Shown here in pieces: positions 1 through 9,241 of a stretch of 32,000 nucleotides of DNA. Source of the stretch: Methanocaldococcus jannaschii DSM 2661 (lineage in GTDB: Archaea > AGJL01 > Methanococci > Methanococcales > Methanocaldococcaceae); NCBI RefSeq assembly GCF_000091665.1, contig NC_000909.1:60001-92000 (forward strand), written 5' to 3'. A program made the translations under genes and the position numbers. Under the pieces are notes generated by a model. The model was not told the origin of the DNA, searched no databases, and was given only the letters and a program-made list of their open reading frames with translations. Each line of letters begins with the position of its first letter. Position 1 is the stretch's first letter.

Positions 1-225
1 GTTGTTTTAGCAAGGGAGTTGGAGATGTGCTATGTCTCTCTATGCAACATAACAAACTATGCCTGTGGAATATCAAAAAATATTTTAACAGTTGATGAAG
101 TTTTGGAAAAAATAAAAGAGATGGAAAATAAAATTTTGAAAGTTGTTGAGGACTTTATAAATTATGGCTTTGGAGAGAGAAAGTGTATCTGCAAAGATGC
201 TTTGAAACATGCTGTTATTGGGTAA
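1..225 (+). CDS. C-terminal part of S-methyl-5'-thioadenosine / purine nucleoside phosphorylase family protein (truncated by window edge)
   Basis: The frame is open to the window edge (VVLARELEMCYVSLCNITNYACGISKN-LTVDEVLE...). This is the characteristic C-terminal region of MTAP/PNP family enzymes. The listed start at 19 is only a TTG inside the frame. Confidence 0.82.
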   Translation, partial: VVLARELEMCYVSLCNITNYACGISKNILTVDEVLEKIKEMENKILKVVEDFINYGFGERKCICKDALKHAVIG

Positions 226-335
226 ATTATAAAACTAAAATCCTTTAATTTACACCTCCGAGCGTAAGCGAGGAGGTGTTGGGGTATCCCAATAGGGTTT
301 CCCTATGGGCTTTAAAACATGCTATTATTGGATAA
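199..335. repeat. 27-nt direct repeat (199-225 and 309-335) flanking an element with two hairpins
   Basis: gctttgaaacatgctgttattgggtaa and gctttaaaacatgctattattggataa match at 24/27. Between them lie the ACACCTCC...GGAGGTGT hairpin (252-279) and the CCCAATAGGG-TTT-CCCTATGGG hairpin (288-309). Confidence 0.9.
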
Positions 336-362
336 GCTATTATTTTTATTTTAGGTGAGATA

Positions 363-605
363 ATGTTATCTAAAATTTTAGGTATATTTAAAGGCAAAGA
401 AAAAATTGAAGAGAAATCAAATAAAATAATTGAGATTGATTATAACAAATGTAAAAACTGTTTATCATGTTATAGAGTCTGTAAAAATAACGTTTTTGCT
501 ATAAAAAACAATAGAGTTGTTGTTAAAAATGAAAATAACTGCACAAAGTGTGGGGAGTGTTTAAAAGTTTGTAGGTATGGAGCAATAATACTTTATGATG
601 CTTAA
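363..605 (+). CDS. 2[4Fe-4S] ferredoxin-like protein
   Basis: Two CxxCxxCxxxC motifs: CKNCLSCYRVC and CTKCGECLKVC. Confidence 0.9.
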   Translation: MLSKILGIFKGKEKIEEKSNKIIEIDYNKCKNCLSCYRVCKNNVFAIKNNRVVVKNENNCTKCGECLKVCRYGAIILYDA

Positions 606-617
606 AAGGGATAACCT

Positions 618-1241
618 ATGGGACTAAAAAACAAGATAATAAAAATCTACGAACTTAATGAAGAGGAGAGAAAAAAAGTTTTAGAATTTTTAAAAAAAGA
701 GATATTAAATGGAAAGATTGTCATCTGTGGGACTGACACTTTATATGGTATTTCAGCAAACGCTTTAAATGAAAAAGCAGTAAGAAAAGTTTATAATATA
801 AAGAGGAGGGAGTTCAACAAGCCTCTATCAATATGTGTTAGAGATAAGAATGAGATTGAAAAATACGCTTATGTAAATGATTTAGCTAAAAAAATTATTG
901 ATAAATTTCTTCCAGGACCTTTAACGATAATTTTAAAGAAAAAACCAGGTATTCCAGATATTGTAGCTAAAGATTATATTGGGATAAGAATCCCAGATGA
1001 ACCAATTATTAGAGAGCTTTCTATAGTTCCTTTAACAACCACATCAGCAAATATTTCTGGAAAAGAAAGCCCTACTACTGTGGATGAGATAGATAAAGAA
1101 GTGTTGAAAAAAGTAGATTATGTTATTGATATTGGAAAATGCAAATATTCAAAACCTTCTACAATTATTAAAATAGAGGATGATAAAATAATATCAATTA
1201 GGGAGGGAGTCATCCCTATTCAAAAATTAGCGAGATGTTGA
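618..1241 (+). CDS. Sua5/YrdC/YwlC family, threonylcarbamoyl-AMP synthase-like
   Basis: GKIVICGTDTLYGISANALNEKAVRKVYNIKRREFNKPLSI...GPLTIILKK...TSANISGK motif set. Confidence 0.93.
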   Translation: MGLKNKIIKIYELNEEERKKVLEFLKKEILNGKIVICGTDTLYGISANALNEKAVRKVYNIKRREFNKPLSICVRDKNEIEKYAYVNDLAKKIIDKFLPGPLTIILKKKPGIPDIVAKDYIGIRIPDEPIIRELSIVPLTTTSANISGKESPTTVDEIDKEVLKKVDYVIDIGKCKYSKPSTIIKIEDDKIISIREGVIPIQKLARC

Positions 1242-1312
1242 TACCTAAAAATAAGTAATTATAATATGATATAATTATTAAGTAAAGAACTTAATTAAAA
1301 ATTGAATTTCGG

Positions 1313-1858
1313 GTGTTTCAAATGGAAAATAGAAATGATGAACTTTTTATAAAATTGGATAGTTCTATAAAATCACTACTAAGAAGTGCCAGAGAATTCA
1401 AAAAAGAGAATGAAAGTATCTCCAATGTGCTATTACAATTAGCGGAAATGTTGGATAACATTGATAAAACATTAGAAATTATTGAAAAAAACTTTCAAAT
1501 AATTCTAAAAAATCGTGAAAGTGGTAAATTTTCTAATAATGAGATTATCCAAAAATTTGTTAAACCTTTAGAAAATTTAATCAAAGTTATTGAAAATATT
1601 GAAAGCACATCTAACAATTTAAAAAATGAAATTGAGAATTGTGCGTCATCAATCCCTACATTAAAAGAAATAACAGATAAACTTAAAATTATAAATATGG
1701 AGTCAGCAACTCAGGCCATAGAGGAATTTAAAATAGCATACGACATGTTAGAGGATAACAGAAAAAATTTAGATGAGTTAATTGAAAAAACTAAAATATT
1801 AAAAGATAAATTAAAGAATCTCCTTCTACAAATTGATAATTTTCTAAATGAGCATTGA
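1313..1858 (+). CDS. predicted coiled-coil protein, function unknown
   Basis: Long heptad-rich helical sequence with no recognised catalytic motif. Confidence 0.7.
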   Translation: MFQMENRNDELFIKLDSSIKSLLRSAREFKKENESISNVLLQLAEMLDNIDKTLEIIEKNFQIILKNRESGKFSNNEIIQKFVKPLENLIKVIENIESTSNNLKNEIENCASSIPTLKEITDKLKIINMESATQAIEEFKIAYDMLEDNRKNLDELIEKTKILKDKLKNLLLQIDNFLNEH

Positions 1859-1887
1859 AAATAACTTTTGTGGGGAGGGGCGTTTAG

Positions 1888-2457
1888 GTGATAAAGATGA
1901 ACGATAAACAAGCTGATTGGCTTAATAAATTAATAGAAGAACTCGACAAGAGCTCTTCAAGCGTTTTAGAAACAGAAATTGTATTAGATGAAATTATAAC
2001 AAAGCTTAATAACTTAATTTCTGAAATTAACAACTATATCACTGAAATACATTATGGATTAAGAATAACAAATGAGAGAATAAATCTATCTGTTTCAGAA
2101 TTGGATGAATTAGAGAAAAAATTAAAAGAATATTTAGATTTTGCAGAAAATATGAAAAAATCTGTTGAAAATACCCATAACGCAATAATAGCTGTTAAAA
2201 ATGAAATGAGAGATATAAAACATTCATTAGAGGAATCTTCACTCAAAATAAGCAATAGATATAACCTTATGGAAGATACTTTAAAACATCATAGCAAAAA
2301 GATTGAAAGTTTAAGCAACAGCATTAAATCCTTATCAAAAACTCAAGAATCTATAATTAACTCTATAAATTCAACTAAAATGCTACTATATATCACAATT
2401 GCATTAACTGTTGTAAATCTGATTATCTCACTAAAAACTTCAGGCATTATTGGCTAA
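1888..2457 (+). CDS. predicted coiled-coil protein with C-terminal membrane anchor
   Basis: Helical coiled-coil body ending in a hydrophobic stretch [17 protein letters not shown]. It follows the preceding coiled-coil gene on the same strand. Confidence 0.72.
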
Positions 2458-2459
2458 AT

Positions 2460-3551
2460 TTAATAAACGAATTCTTCATAACAAATATTATTATCATTAA
2501 ATATTTTTTTAACTTCATCTAAAAGCTCTTGATAGCAGTATTTTTTGTTAAGGTTTAAATTTTTTTCTAATATTCTGCCAACATCATCATCCCGCATATT
2601 TTTAATTAGAAAAATTACTGAACCTTTTAATATAACTGGATTTTTTAATATCTCATCTCTATCCCCATCTGTAATGCCAATAATCTTTATTCCAAATCTT
2701 GCCAATATATCTCCACATATTGTTGTAGTATCATCTCCAATTGTAATCACTGCCACAACGCCTTTATTTTTAATCATCTCTATAACATCCTCTCCAGCAT
2801 GATTTATAATGATTGTATATCCTTCATCAATCTCTTTACTCTCAATCTTTGGATTTGTTGGATGCCTCCTCAAAATCCCGGTTTTTATAACTGCCTTTTT
2901 TAAATCAACATTTTTTAATTTTTCAATTCCTCCTTCCTTTAACTCTCCTCCAATAATATCAACTAACTTCCCATTCTCAGCAATTAAAATAACTTCATTA
3001 CTCTTAGCTTTTCCAACAACAATGCCATTTACCAATATTGCTTCACCAACATCAACACCATGAACCTTTCTAAAAACTCTCCCCTCTTTTTCCCAAACCT
3101 CTAAGCCATTACTTATACATTTTTCAATCTTTAAATTTAATTCTTTTGATAAATAATTAGCTATTTCTTTAACAATTTTTGAATTATCATCATTCCAAAT
3201 AATTATAGTTCCATCCTCTTCTCCCGGTCTCTCAATCTGAATTATTGGTTTATTTAAATTAGCTCTCTCAACTACGATTTTTCCAAATGTATGCCCTGTA
3301 ATCTTAGATTTTCCATAGTTCATTAAAATTAAAATATCATTGTTAGCTAATTTTTTTAATGATTGGGAAGGCATCAATTTTTCAGATATATCAATAATAT
3401 CTTGCAGATTGTTGTCTATAACAGCAACTCTTCCCATTGTACCTCCTAACTTTGCCTTAACCTCTCCAAATTTCTTCAGTAAATTTATGATTTTTAATGC
3501 GTAGCCACTATCTATAATCTCAGGTCCATGAATAACAACACCAATCCTCAT
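2460..3551 (-). CDS. conserved archaeal protein (DUF2117-like)
   Basis: Long ORF. N-terminus MRIGVVIHGPEIIDSGYALKIINLL..KLGGTMGRVAVID recalls the DUF2117 family of methanogens. Confidence 0.75.
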   Translation of the reverse strand: MRIGVVIHGPEIIDSGYALKIINLLKKFGEVKAKLGGTMGRVAVIDNNLQDIIDISEKLMPSQSLKKLANNDILILMNYGKSKITGHTFGKIVVERANLNKPIIQIERPGEEDGTIIIWNDDNSKIVKEIANYLSKELNLKIEKCISNGLEVWEKEGRVFRKVHGVDVGEAILVNGIVVGKAKSNEVILIAENGKLVDIIGGELKEGGIEKLKNVDLKKAVIKTGILRRHPTNPKIESKEIDEGYTIIINHAGEDVIEMIKNKGVVAVITIGDDTTTICGDILARFGIKIIGITDGDRDEILKNPVILKGSVIFLIKNMRDDDVGRILEKNLNLNKKYCYQELLDEVKKIFNDNNICYEEFVY

Positions 3552-3653
3552 AATCTCACTTTAAGTAAATAATTAATAAATTTCACTATTTGTAAGGAAA
3601 TAATTATAAAATGTTTCCCTCCATATAAAGAAACATTATATAAAGCTTAAAGT

Positions 3654-5096
3654 TTATTGCCTTTTATGTTTCCATCTCCACAAACCTTTTTTTATCCACC
3701 CCTCTCCTAAGTTATGTTTTTCAGCATATTCTCTCAAAACATTTTCCCACTTTTCCCAAAGTTTTGGAAATTCTCTTTTTATTTTATTCATCTCTCCCAT
3801 TTCCATAGCTGGACACATAAAACAGCCAATCCTATCAAATCCCTTCTCATACAGTTTGTTGTATGGAGCTTTCTCTCTCAACAGATATATCCAAACATGC
3901 AGAGAACTCCAATGGAATATTGGGAGGGCATTTATCTGCTTTTTAATGTAAGTGTTTCTATGAATTCTCTTTTTAGTAGCTCTATTAAAGCTCTCATACT
4001 TCCTAATCCCAACAAAGGACAAAACATCATCTTCGTAATTCTCTTCAATAAACTTTTTTAACGGCTCTAACTTACAGATTTCAGAACACCATCTATAATC
4101 TCTTGCTGGAATGCCGTATTCTTTAACTTTCTCCCAGAAATTCTCTCCTCTCAGCCTAATTATTTTAATACCATAGTGTCTTTCAACATCTTCAACGTTT
4201 TTTAGTGTTTCCTCAAATTCTAAGCCAGTGTCTATAAACACAACATCTATGTCTTTACCTAAAGCCTTTAATGTTAAAATTAAAGTAACTAAGCTATCTT
4301 TTCCTCCAGAGAATGCAACCATAACGGGTTTTTTAATTTTTTCATAAGTATTTTTTATAAATCCAATAGCATTTCTTTCATAATTATCTATAACTCCCTC
4401 ATTAGCTCTAACCATTAAATCGAATGCCTCTTCTAAGTTATCATAAATCTTTCCAGGCTTATAATCTTCATTATCTTTAATAAAAAATCTAACCTTAACT
4501 ACTTTTCCCTTCTCCATGTTTTTTATATCTTCGGAGGAAACAACAGCTAATCCAACACCAACAACTCTGTCATTCTCATCAACTATTATCACATCATCTT
4601 TCTCTTCAATATCATCCGTAAATTCGACTATTCCAGGTCTTAAAACAGAACCCTTTCTATTTTTTAAAAATTCTACAACATCATTCTTTATTTTAATTAT
4701 TTTTTTGTAAGCTCCTTTTTCCATTAAATCCTTTGCTCCATTTAACTTTAGCTTAACTTTCCATTTCTCCTTATCTTCATCAAAATATATCAGATATTTA
4801 ACTTCTCCATCAACTATAATCTCATAAGCCTCCTCATTACCAGGAATTTTATTTAACAAAATAATTTTTCCATTTAATACATTTTTAGCTCCAAATTCTT
4901 CTTCCAAAATTTTATTTATAAAATCCATGTCATACTGAAATCCCAATCTTGGGTCTCCTGGTGGAGTTAGCTTTACTTCTTCAGCTTTTGAGCCACAAAC
5001 TTCACAAACTCTCCCTAATAATGGGACATTACAATTTTTACACCATTTTAAATGTATCTTTCCAATGTATGTCTTCATAATTATCACTTCCCACAA
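3654..5096 (-). CDS. phosphoadenosine phosphosulfate reductase-like / N-type ATP pyrophosphatase with N-terminal Zn ribbon, PUA-like and C-terminal Cys-containing regions
   Basis: CxxC-x9-CxxC N-terminus (CKNCNVPLLGRVCEVCG), PP-loop VAFSGGKDSLVTLIL, and GCFMCPAMEM near the C-terminus. The likely start is an internal ATG (MKTYIGKI) about 18 nt inside the listed ORF. Confidence 0.88.
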   Translation of the reverse strand: MWEVIIMKTYIGKIHLKWCKNCNVPLLGRVCEVCGSKAEEVKLTPPGDPRLGFQYDMDFINKILEEEFGAKNVLNGKIILLNKIPGNEEAYEIIVDGEVKYLIYFDEDKEKWKVKLKLNGAKDLMEKGAYKKIIKIKNDVVEFLKNRKGSVLRPGIVEFTDDIEEKDDVIIVDENDRVVGVGLAVVSSEDIKNMEKGKVVKVRFFIKDNEDYKPGKIYDNLEEAFDLMVRANEGVIDNYERNAIGFIKNTYEKIKKPVMVAFSGGKDSLVTLILTLKALGKDIDVVFIDTGLEFEETLKNVEDVERHYGIKIIRLRGENFWEKVKEYGIPARDYRWCSEICKLEPLKKFIEENYEDDVLSFVGIRKYESFNRATKKRIHRNTYIKKQINALPIFHWSSLHVWIYLLREKAPYNKLYEKGFDRIGCFMCPAMEMGEMNKIKREFPKLWEKWENVLREYAEKHNLGEGWIKKGLWRWKHKRQ

Positions 5097-5159
5097 AGAA
5101 ACTTTTATATACCAAATTAAAGAAAATCTTTTTAGTTTTAGATAAGTTATTTATATAGG

Positions 5160-5471
5160 GTGATTATTTTGGACTTCTCACAGTTTCTTCCAGATATAGG
5201 TAGCGGATTTATTATTGGATTTGTTATTGGCTGGGCTGCAAAAAAGGCTATAAAAGTAGTGGCATTCTTAATAGGGATTTATATATTATCTTTGCTCTAT
5301 TTGGCTAAAATAGGAGTTATTAGCATTAATAAGGAAGCGTTTTCAGCATTACTTGGAAATCTTGAAAATTCGTTATTGGTGTTTGGAGATAAGATTATTG
5401 GACTTATCCATTCATTTTCGTTTGGGACATCTTTCCTAATAGGATTCGGACTGGGATTTAAAAAAGGATAA
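5160..5471 (+). CDS. small membrane protein, possibly FUN14-like
   Basis: Hydrophobic segments with [42 protein letters not shown] and a C-terminal GFGLGFKKG. Confidence 0.6.
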
Positions 5472-5513
5472 AATTATAAAATTTAATTTAATTTAAAATT
5501 TAATTAATTTTTT

Positions 5514-5861
5514 TTATTTTTCTAACTCTACAACATCAACGGGCTCTAATGGAATATTTTTTAAAACTTTTCCAATTGTTGCCTTAGCTATTCTAATAGC
5601 ATGTTCTGGACTTTCAGCATTAAATACCTTCATAGATAGTAAAACACCAACCAAAGCTGTTCTTGCTACAACTAAAACACAATCTACCAACTCTCCACAT
5701 TTCGGACAGATAGTTAATCCAATGTCTATATCTACATAGTTCAATCCTTCTTTATTCAACATCTTCCCTATTTGTGATATAGTTACGCTTATAGCGTCTT
5801 CAACATCATCTACGTTTCTCACAATATATGCAGCTTGTAAAGTCACATGATAATTCGGCAT
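5514..5861 (-). CDS. UPF0212/DUF555 family conserved methanogen protein
   Basis: [46 protein letters not shown] resembles the UPF0212 family. Confidence 0.8.
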   Translation of the reverse strand: MPNYHVTLQAAYIVRNVDDVEDAISVTISQIGKMLNKEGLNYVDIDIGLTICPKCGELVDCVLVVARTALVGVLLSMKVFNAESPEHAIRIAKATIGKVLKNIPLEPVDVVELEK

Positions 5862-6006
5862 CTTATCTCACCAACTACCAAAAATCTCGTTTTATCTAAA
5901 ATCTTAATTTTTATTAATTACCTTAGTTACGGCTTCTATTATTTAAAGTTATTGTTTGATAAATTTTAAATAATTCCTTTATCCACTCATAAACTTAAAA
6001 GGTTTT

Positions 6007-6909
6007 ATGGGGATGGACATGATAGAGATGATTGAAAAGGCAGAGATTTTAATGGAAGCTCTTCCATTCATACAGAAATTTTATGGGAAGATTTTTGTCA
6101 TAAAGTATGGCGGGCATGCGATGATTGATGAGAAGGCAAAGAATTGGACTGCTCAAGATGTTGTTTTGTTGAAGTATGTTGGAATAAATCCAGTTGTAGT
6201 TCATGGTGGAGGTCCAGAAATCAACAAAGCAATGGAAAAAATGGGGAAGAAACCAGAGTTTGTCCATGGGTTGAGAGTTACTGATGAAGAAACTTTAGAT
6301 ATTGTTGAAATGGTTTTAGCCGGAAAGATTAATGGAGACATTGTCTCAAAGTTATCAAAGTTTGGTGGAAAGGCTGTTGGACTATCTGGAAAATCTGGAA
6401 GGATAATTTTAGCCAAGAAAAAATTAAAGAAAATAAAAACTGAAAAAGGGGAGGAGATAGAGGTTGATTTAGGTAGAGTTGGAGAGACAGTTGAGGTTAA
6501 TACTGAACTATTAGAGATTTTGATAAACAACGGCTACATCCCAGTTGTATCACCAATTGGTTTGGATGAGAAGGGAGAGGCATATAATTTAAATGCCGAT
6601 ACCGTTGCTGGAGACATAGCTGGAGCTTTGAAGGCGGAGAAGCTTATTTTAATAACAGATGTTGATGGAATAATGGATGATATAAATAATCCAGAGACGT
6701 TGCATAGAAAATTAACAGCTTCAGAACTAAAAGAAATGATAGAAGATGGAAGAATAAAGGGAGGGATGATTCCAAAGGCTGAAAGTGCCTTATATGCCTT
6801 AGAGCATGGAGTTAAGAGCGTTCATATAATAAATGGAAAGATTCCTCATGCTTTGTTGTTGGAGATATTTACAGAGGAGGGTATTGGGACGATGATAACA
6901 AGAGATTAA
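6007..6909 (+). CDS. argB: acetylglutamate kinase
   Basis: KIFVIKYGGHAM..KYVGINPVVVHGGGPEINKAM...GRVGETVEVN...KAEKLILITDVDGIM...GGMIPKAESALYAL. An internal ATG a few codons in may be the true start. Confidence 0.97.
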   Translation: MGMDMIEMIEKAEILMEALPFIQKFYGKIFVIKYGGHAMIDEKAKNWTAQDVVLLKYVGINPVVVHGGGPEINKAMEKMGKKPEFVHGLRVTDEETLDIVEMVLAGKINGDIVSKLSKFGGKAVGLSGKSGRIILAKKKLKKIKTEKGEEIEVDLGRVGETVEVNTELLEILINNGYIPVVSPIGLDEKGEAYNLNADTVAGDIAGALKAEKLILITDVDGIMDDINNPETLHRKLTASELKEMIEDGRIKGGMIPKAESALYALEHGVKSVHIINGKIPHALLLEIFTEEGIGTMITRD

Positions 6910-6965
6910 AGTTTTTATATTATAAACTACTTAAGAATTAAAATAAGACAAATAAGGGGATAACT

Positions 6966-7214
6966 ATGCTCAATATAAACAAAGAGATAGCACAAATAGA
7001 AACTGAATTGAATGAATTGAAAAAATTGAGAGATGAAATCTCTGAAAGGATTGAAAAATTAGAAATAAAGTTATTAAAATTGAAAGCATTAGCTATTCCA
7101 GAGGAGGAATTTGAAGAGGATTATGAAGAAATTATAGAAGATGTTAAAAAATCTCTGGATAAAAAAGAGACTGTGCCAGCAGAAGAGGCTTTGAAAGAAT
7201 TGGGATTATTATGA
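6966..7214 (+). CDS. small coiled-coil putative antitoxin partner of RelE-like toxin
   Basis: 82-aa charged coiled coil with a C-terminal region PAEEALKELGLL. Its stop overlaps the start of the RelE-like ORF. Confidence 0.7.
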   Translation: MLNINKEIAQIETELNELKKLRDEISERIEKLEIKLLKLKALAIPEEEFEEDYEEIIEDVKKSLDKKETVPAEEALKELGLL

Positions 7215-7483
7215 AGTTTAACGTTGAGATACATAAAAGAGTCTTAAAAGATTTAAAGGATTTGCCTCCCTCAAACTTAAAGAAGTTTAAAGAACTAATA
7301 GAAACATTAAAAACCAATCCCATTCCAAAAGAAAAATTTGATATTAAAAGATTAAAAGGCAGTGATGAGGTTTATAGAGTTAGAATTGGAAAATTTAGAG
7401 TTCAATATGTTGTTTTATGGGATGATAGAATAATAATAATTAGAAAGATAAGTAGAAGAGAAGGAGCTTATAAAAATCCCTAA
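7211..7483 (+). CDS. RelE/ParE superfamily toxin-like protein
   Basis: 90 aa: VEIHKRVLKDLKDLPPSN...FDIKRLKGSDEVYRVRIGKFRVQYVVLWDDRIIIIRKISRREGAY, a typical RelE pattern. Confidence 0.9.
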   Translation: MKFNVEIHKRVLKDLKDLPPSNLKKFKELIETLKTNPIPKEKFDIKRLKGSDEVYRVRIGKFRVQYVVLWDDRIIIIRKISRREGAYKNP

Positions 7484-7561
7484 GCTATTAAAAATTCTAA
7501 TGGCTACATTTTTATATCTCTTTTCTTAATTCAAATAGAAAAAACAGATTCGGCTGATACC

Positions 7562-8010
7562 ATGATTATTCTTTTAGATTTAAATGGAACAATAGCTACT
7601 GATGGGAAGATAAAAGAGGGAGTTAAAGAGAGATTAACTATTTTAAAAGAAAGAGCTGAAATATATATTTTATCGGCAGATACTTCGGAACTTTAAACGA
7701 TATTGCTAAAAGCTTAAATGTCAAAGGTATGAAGGTAGATAGAGAGAAATACGGCAGTGAAAAGATAGCTAAATTAAAAATTTTAGAAGAGTTAAAAAAA
7801 GAAAATCCCAACAAAAAAATTATTGCTATAGGAAATGGAAATAACGATGAACTATTATTAAAAAATGCTGATTTAGGCATCTGCGTTATTGGAGATGAAG
7901 GAGCTTGGAGTAAAACGATATTAAGCTCTGATATAGTTGTTAAAGATATAAATGATGCTTTAGATTTATTGTTAAATGAAAATAGATTGAAAGCTACAAG
8001 TAGGGATTAA
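7562..8010 (+). pseudogene. HAD superfamily phosphatase-like gene interrupted by a -1 frameshift
   Basis: 7562-7696 encodes MIILLDLNGTIATDGKIKEGVKERLTILKERAEIYILSADTSEL*. The frame beginning at 7684 continues FGTLNDIAKSLNV...KIIAIGNGNNDELLLKNADLGICVIGDEGAW (HAD motif III/IV) to 8010. Confidence 0.82.
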
Positions 8011-8012
8011 AA

Positions 8013-9089
8013 TTATAGCAATCTCTTTATAGCATTCCAGACTAAATAACTTTGAGGCTTTAAAATTCTCTTTTGCGGATTTAAAAATAAAATATTCTCC
8101 TTAACTAAGTAAACATAAACTGGTGTTGGAATATCTTTCTTAGGTATCTCATACTTATCCTTAAATAATCTTAATGCTTTAATGATATCTTCTTTATTTA
8201 TCTCAATAACTTCATTTCCAACCTCTACCCTTGGCTTTGAATAATCTAAAATTTCTAAAAACATATCTAATTTAGAAATCTCATCATTTAACAGGTAATC
8301 TAAAACTTCCTTTAAATCTTTAAAATTGCTTTCTTCAACAACATATTTTATATCCTTTGGCTTCCCTCCTACGTAATTATAGATTAACTCTTTATCTTCA
8401 TTAGTTAAGCTGATGTTATTCTCTTTAGCTAAAAAATCCATAAACTTTAAGGCAGTTTCTTTATCAAAATCATCCACCAATAGATACTTAGCCCTACCAT
8501 CTAACATCGCCTCATTATAAACCCTCTCTATAAACAAACTATCAGAACTTAAACAAAAAACATGACATAGATGCTTATGCTTTGTTAGAGAAACAAAATA
8601 ATTAAACAACTCATAGATTAAGAATCCATTAATCTTCATATCACCAATCTTTTGTAATTCATCTATAATTAAAATTGGCTGTTTCCCTTCTTTTTTAATA
8701 TCCATTAATACTTTAGTTATATATCTAAAGACATTTTTAGTTGTCTTTTTCTTCAAGATTTCTTCTAATGTATTTTTTGGTGCTGGAATACCACATAGAG
8801 AAGGAACGTCCTTTATCAAACTCTTTATAATTTCTACTGGCTTTTTATTTCCCTCATATTCTTCAAATAAAACTTCAATGAAGTCGTCATACTTAGAAAT
8901 AAAAATCTCCCTTAAATCAAAATAAAACACAACATATTTATCCTTGTCCAACCTATTGTTAATAATCTCATTGATTAAGGCAGTTTTACCGCTATTTATA
9001 GGGCCGTAGATAAAATAAACGTCATCTGGCTCTCTATTTAATATATGAAGTATTTCAGCAATCTCCTTTTCTCTATCAAAGAATTTCAT
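8013..9089 (-). CDS. archaeal P-loop ATPase (pfam ATPase_2-like), paralog 1
   Basis: [33 protein letters not shown] (Walker A), [11 protein letters not shown] (Walker B). Ends [16 protein letters not shown]. Confidence 0.92.
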   Translation of the reverse strand: MKFFDREKEIAEILHILNREPDDVYFIYGPINSGKTALINEIINNRLDKDKYVVFYFDLREIFISKYDDFIEVLFEEYEGNKKPVEIIKSLIKDVPSLCGIPAPKNTLEEILKKKTTKNVFRYITKVLMDIKKEGKQPILIIDELQKIGDMKINGFLIYELFNYFVSLTKHKHLCHVFCLSSDSLFIERVYNEAMLDGRAKYLLVDDFDKETALKFMDFLAKENNISLTNEDKELIYNYVGGKPKDIKYVVEESNFKDLKEVLDYLLNDEISKLDMFLEILDYSKPRVEVGNEVIEINKEDIIKALRLFKDKYEIPKKDIPTPVYVYLVKENILFLNPQKRILKPQSYLVWNAIKRLL

Positions 9090-9119
9090 AGAAACACCCC
9101 TTCTTTATCAAACAAAGCT

Positions 9120-9179
9120 CTATAATAACTTTTTTATAGCATTCCATACTAAAAAACTTTGAGGCTTTAAAGGAAACTT
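9120..9179 (-). pseudogene. relic 3' end of a paralogous ATPase gene (...[18 protein letters not shown])
   Basis: 9133-9170 is identical over 38 nt to 9255-9292 inside the neighbouring ATPase gene and 36/38 identical to 8026-8063. The minus-strand frame ends in a TAG stop at 9120-9122. Confidence 0.88.
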
Positions 9180-9203
9180 TTAGTAAAAGTTTCATCAAAA
9201 CTC

Positions 9204-9241
9204 GTCCATTAAGTTGGGACTTTCAGTCCCAATTAATGTCC
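9204..9241 (-). repeat. 38-nt hairpin repeat, copy 1 (minus: GGACATTAATTGGGACTGAAAGTCCCAACTTAATGGAC)
   Basis: Its reverse complement shares both flanking arms with the copy at 30970-31007. Confidence 0.9.

Noticed and set aside
6049-6530. Minus-strand ORFs (6049-6267, 6201-6530) opposite argB
   Set aside because: Antisense to a strongly supported argB gene. The translations are low-complexity Ile/Phe/Pro/Ser shadows.
7499-7561. Possible tRNA or small RNA upstream of the HAD gene
   Set aside because: No cloverleaf, no TTCRANY T-arm. Sequence is AT-rich promoter-like.
9173-9193. GAAACTTTTAGTAAAAGTTTC as an intrinsic terminator of the ATPase gene
   Set aside because: It is a good 9-bp inverted repeat but lies between a relic and the active gene end without a U-tract in the transcription direction. 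Better treated as part of the inserted element.
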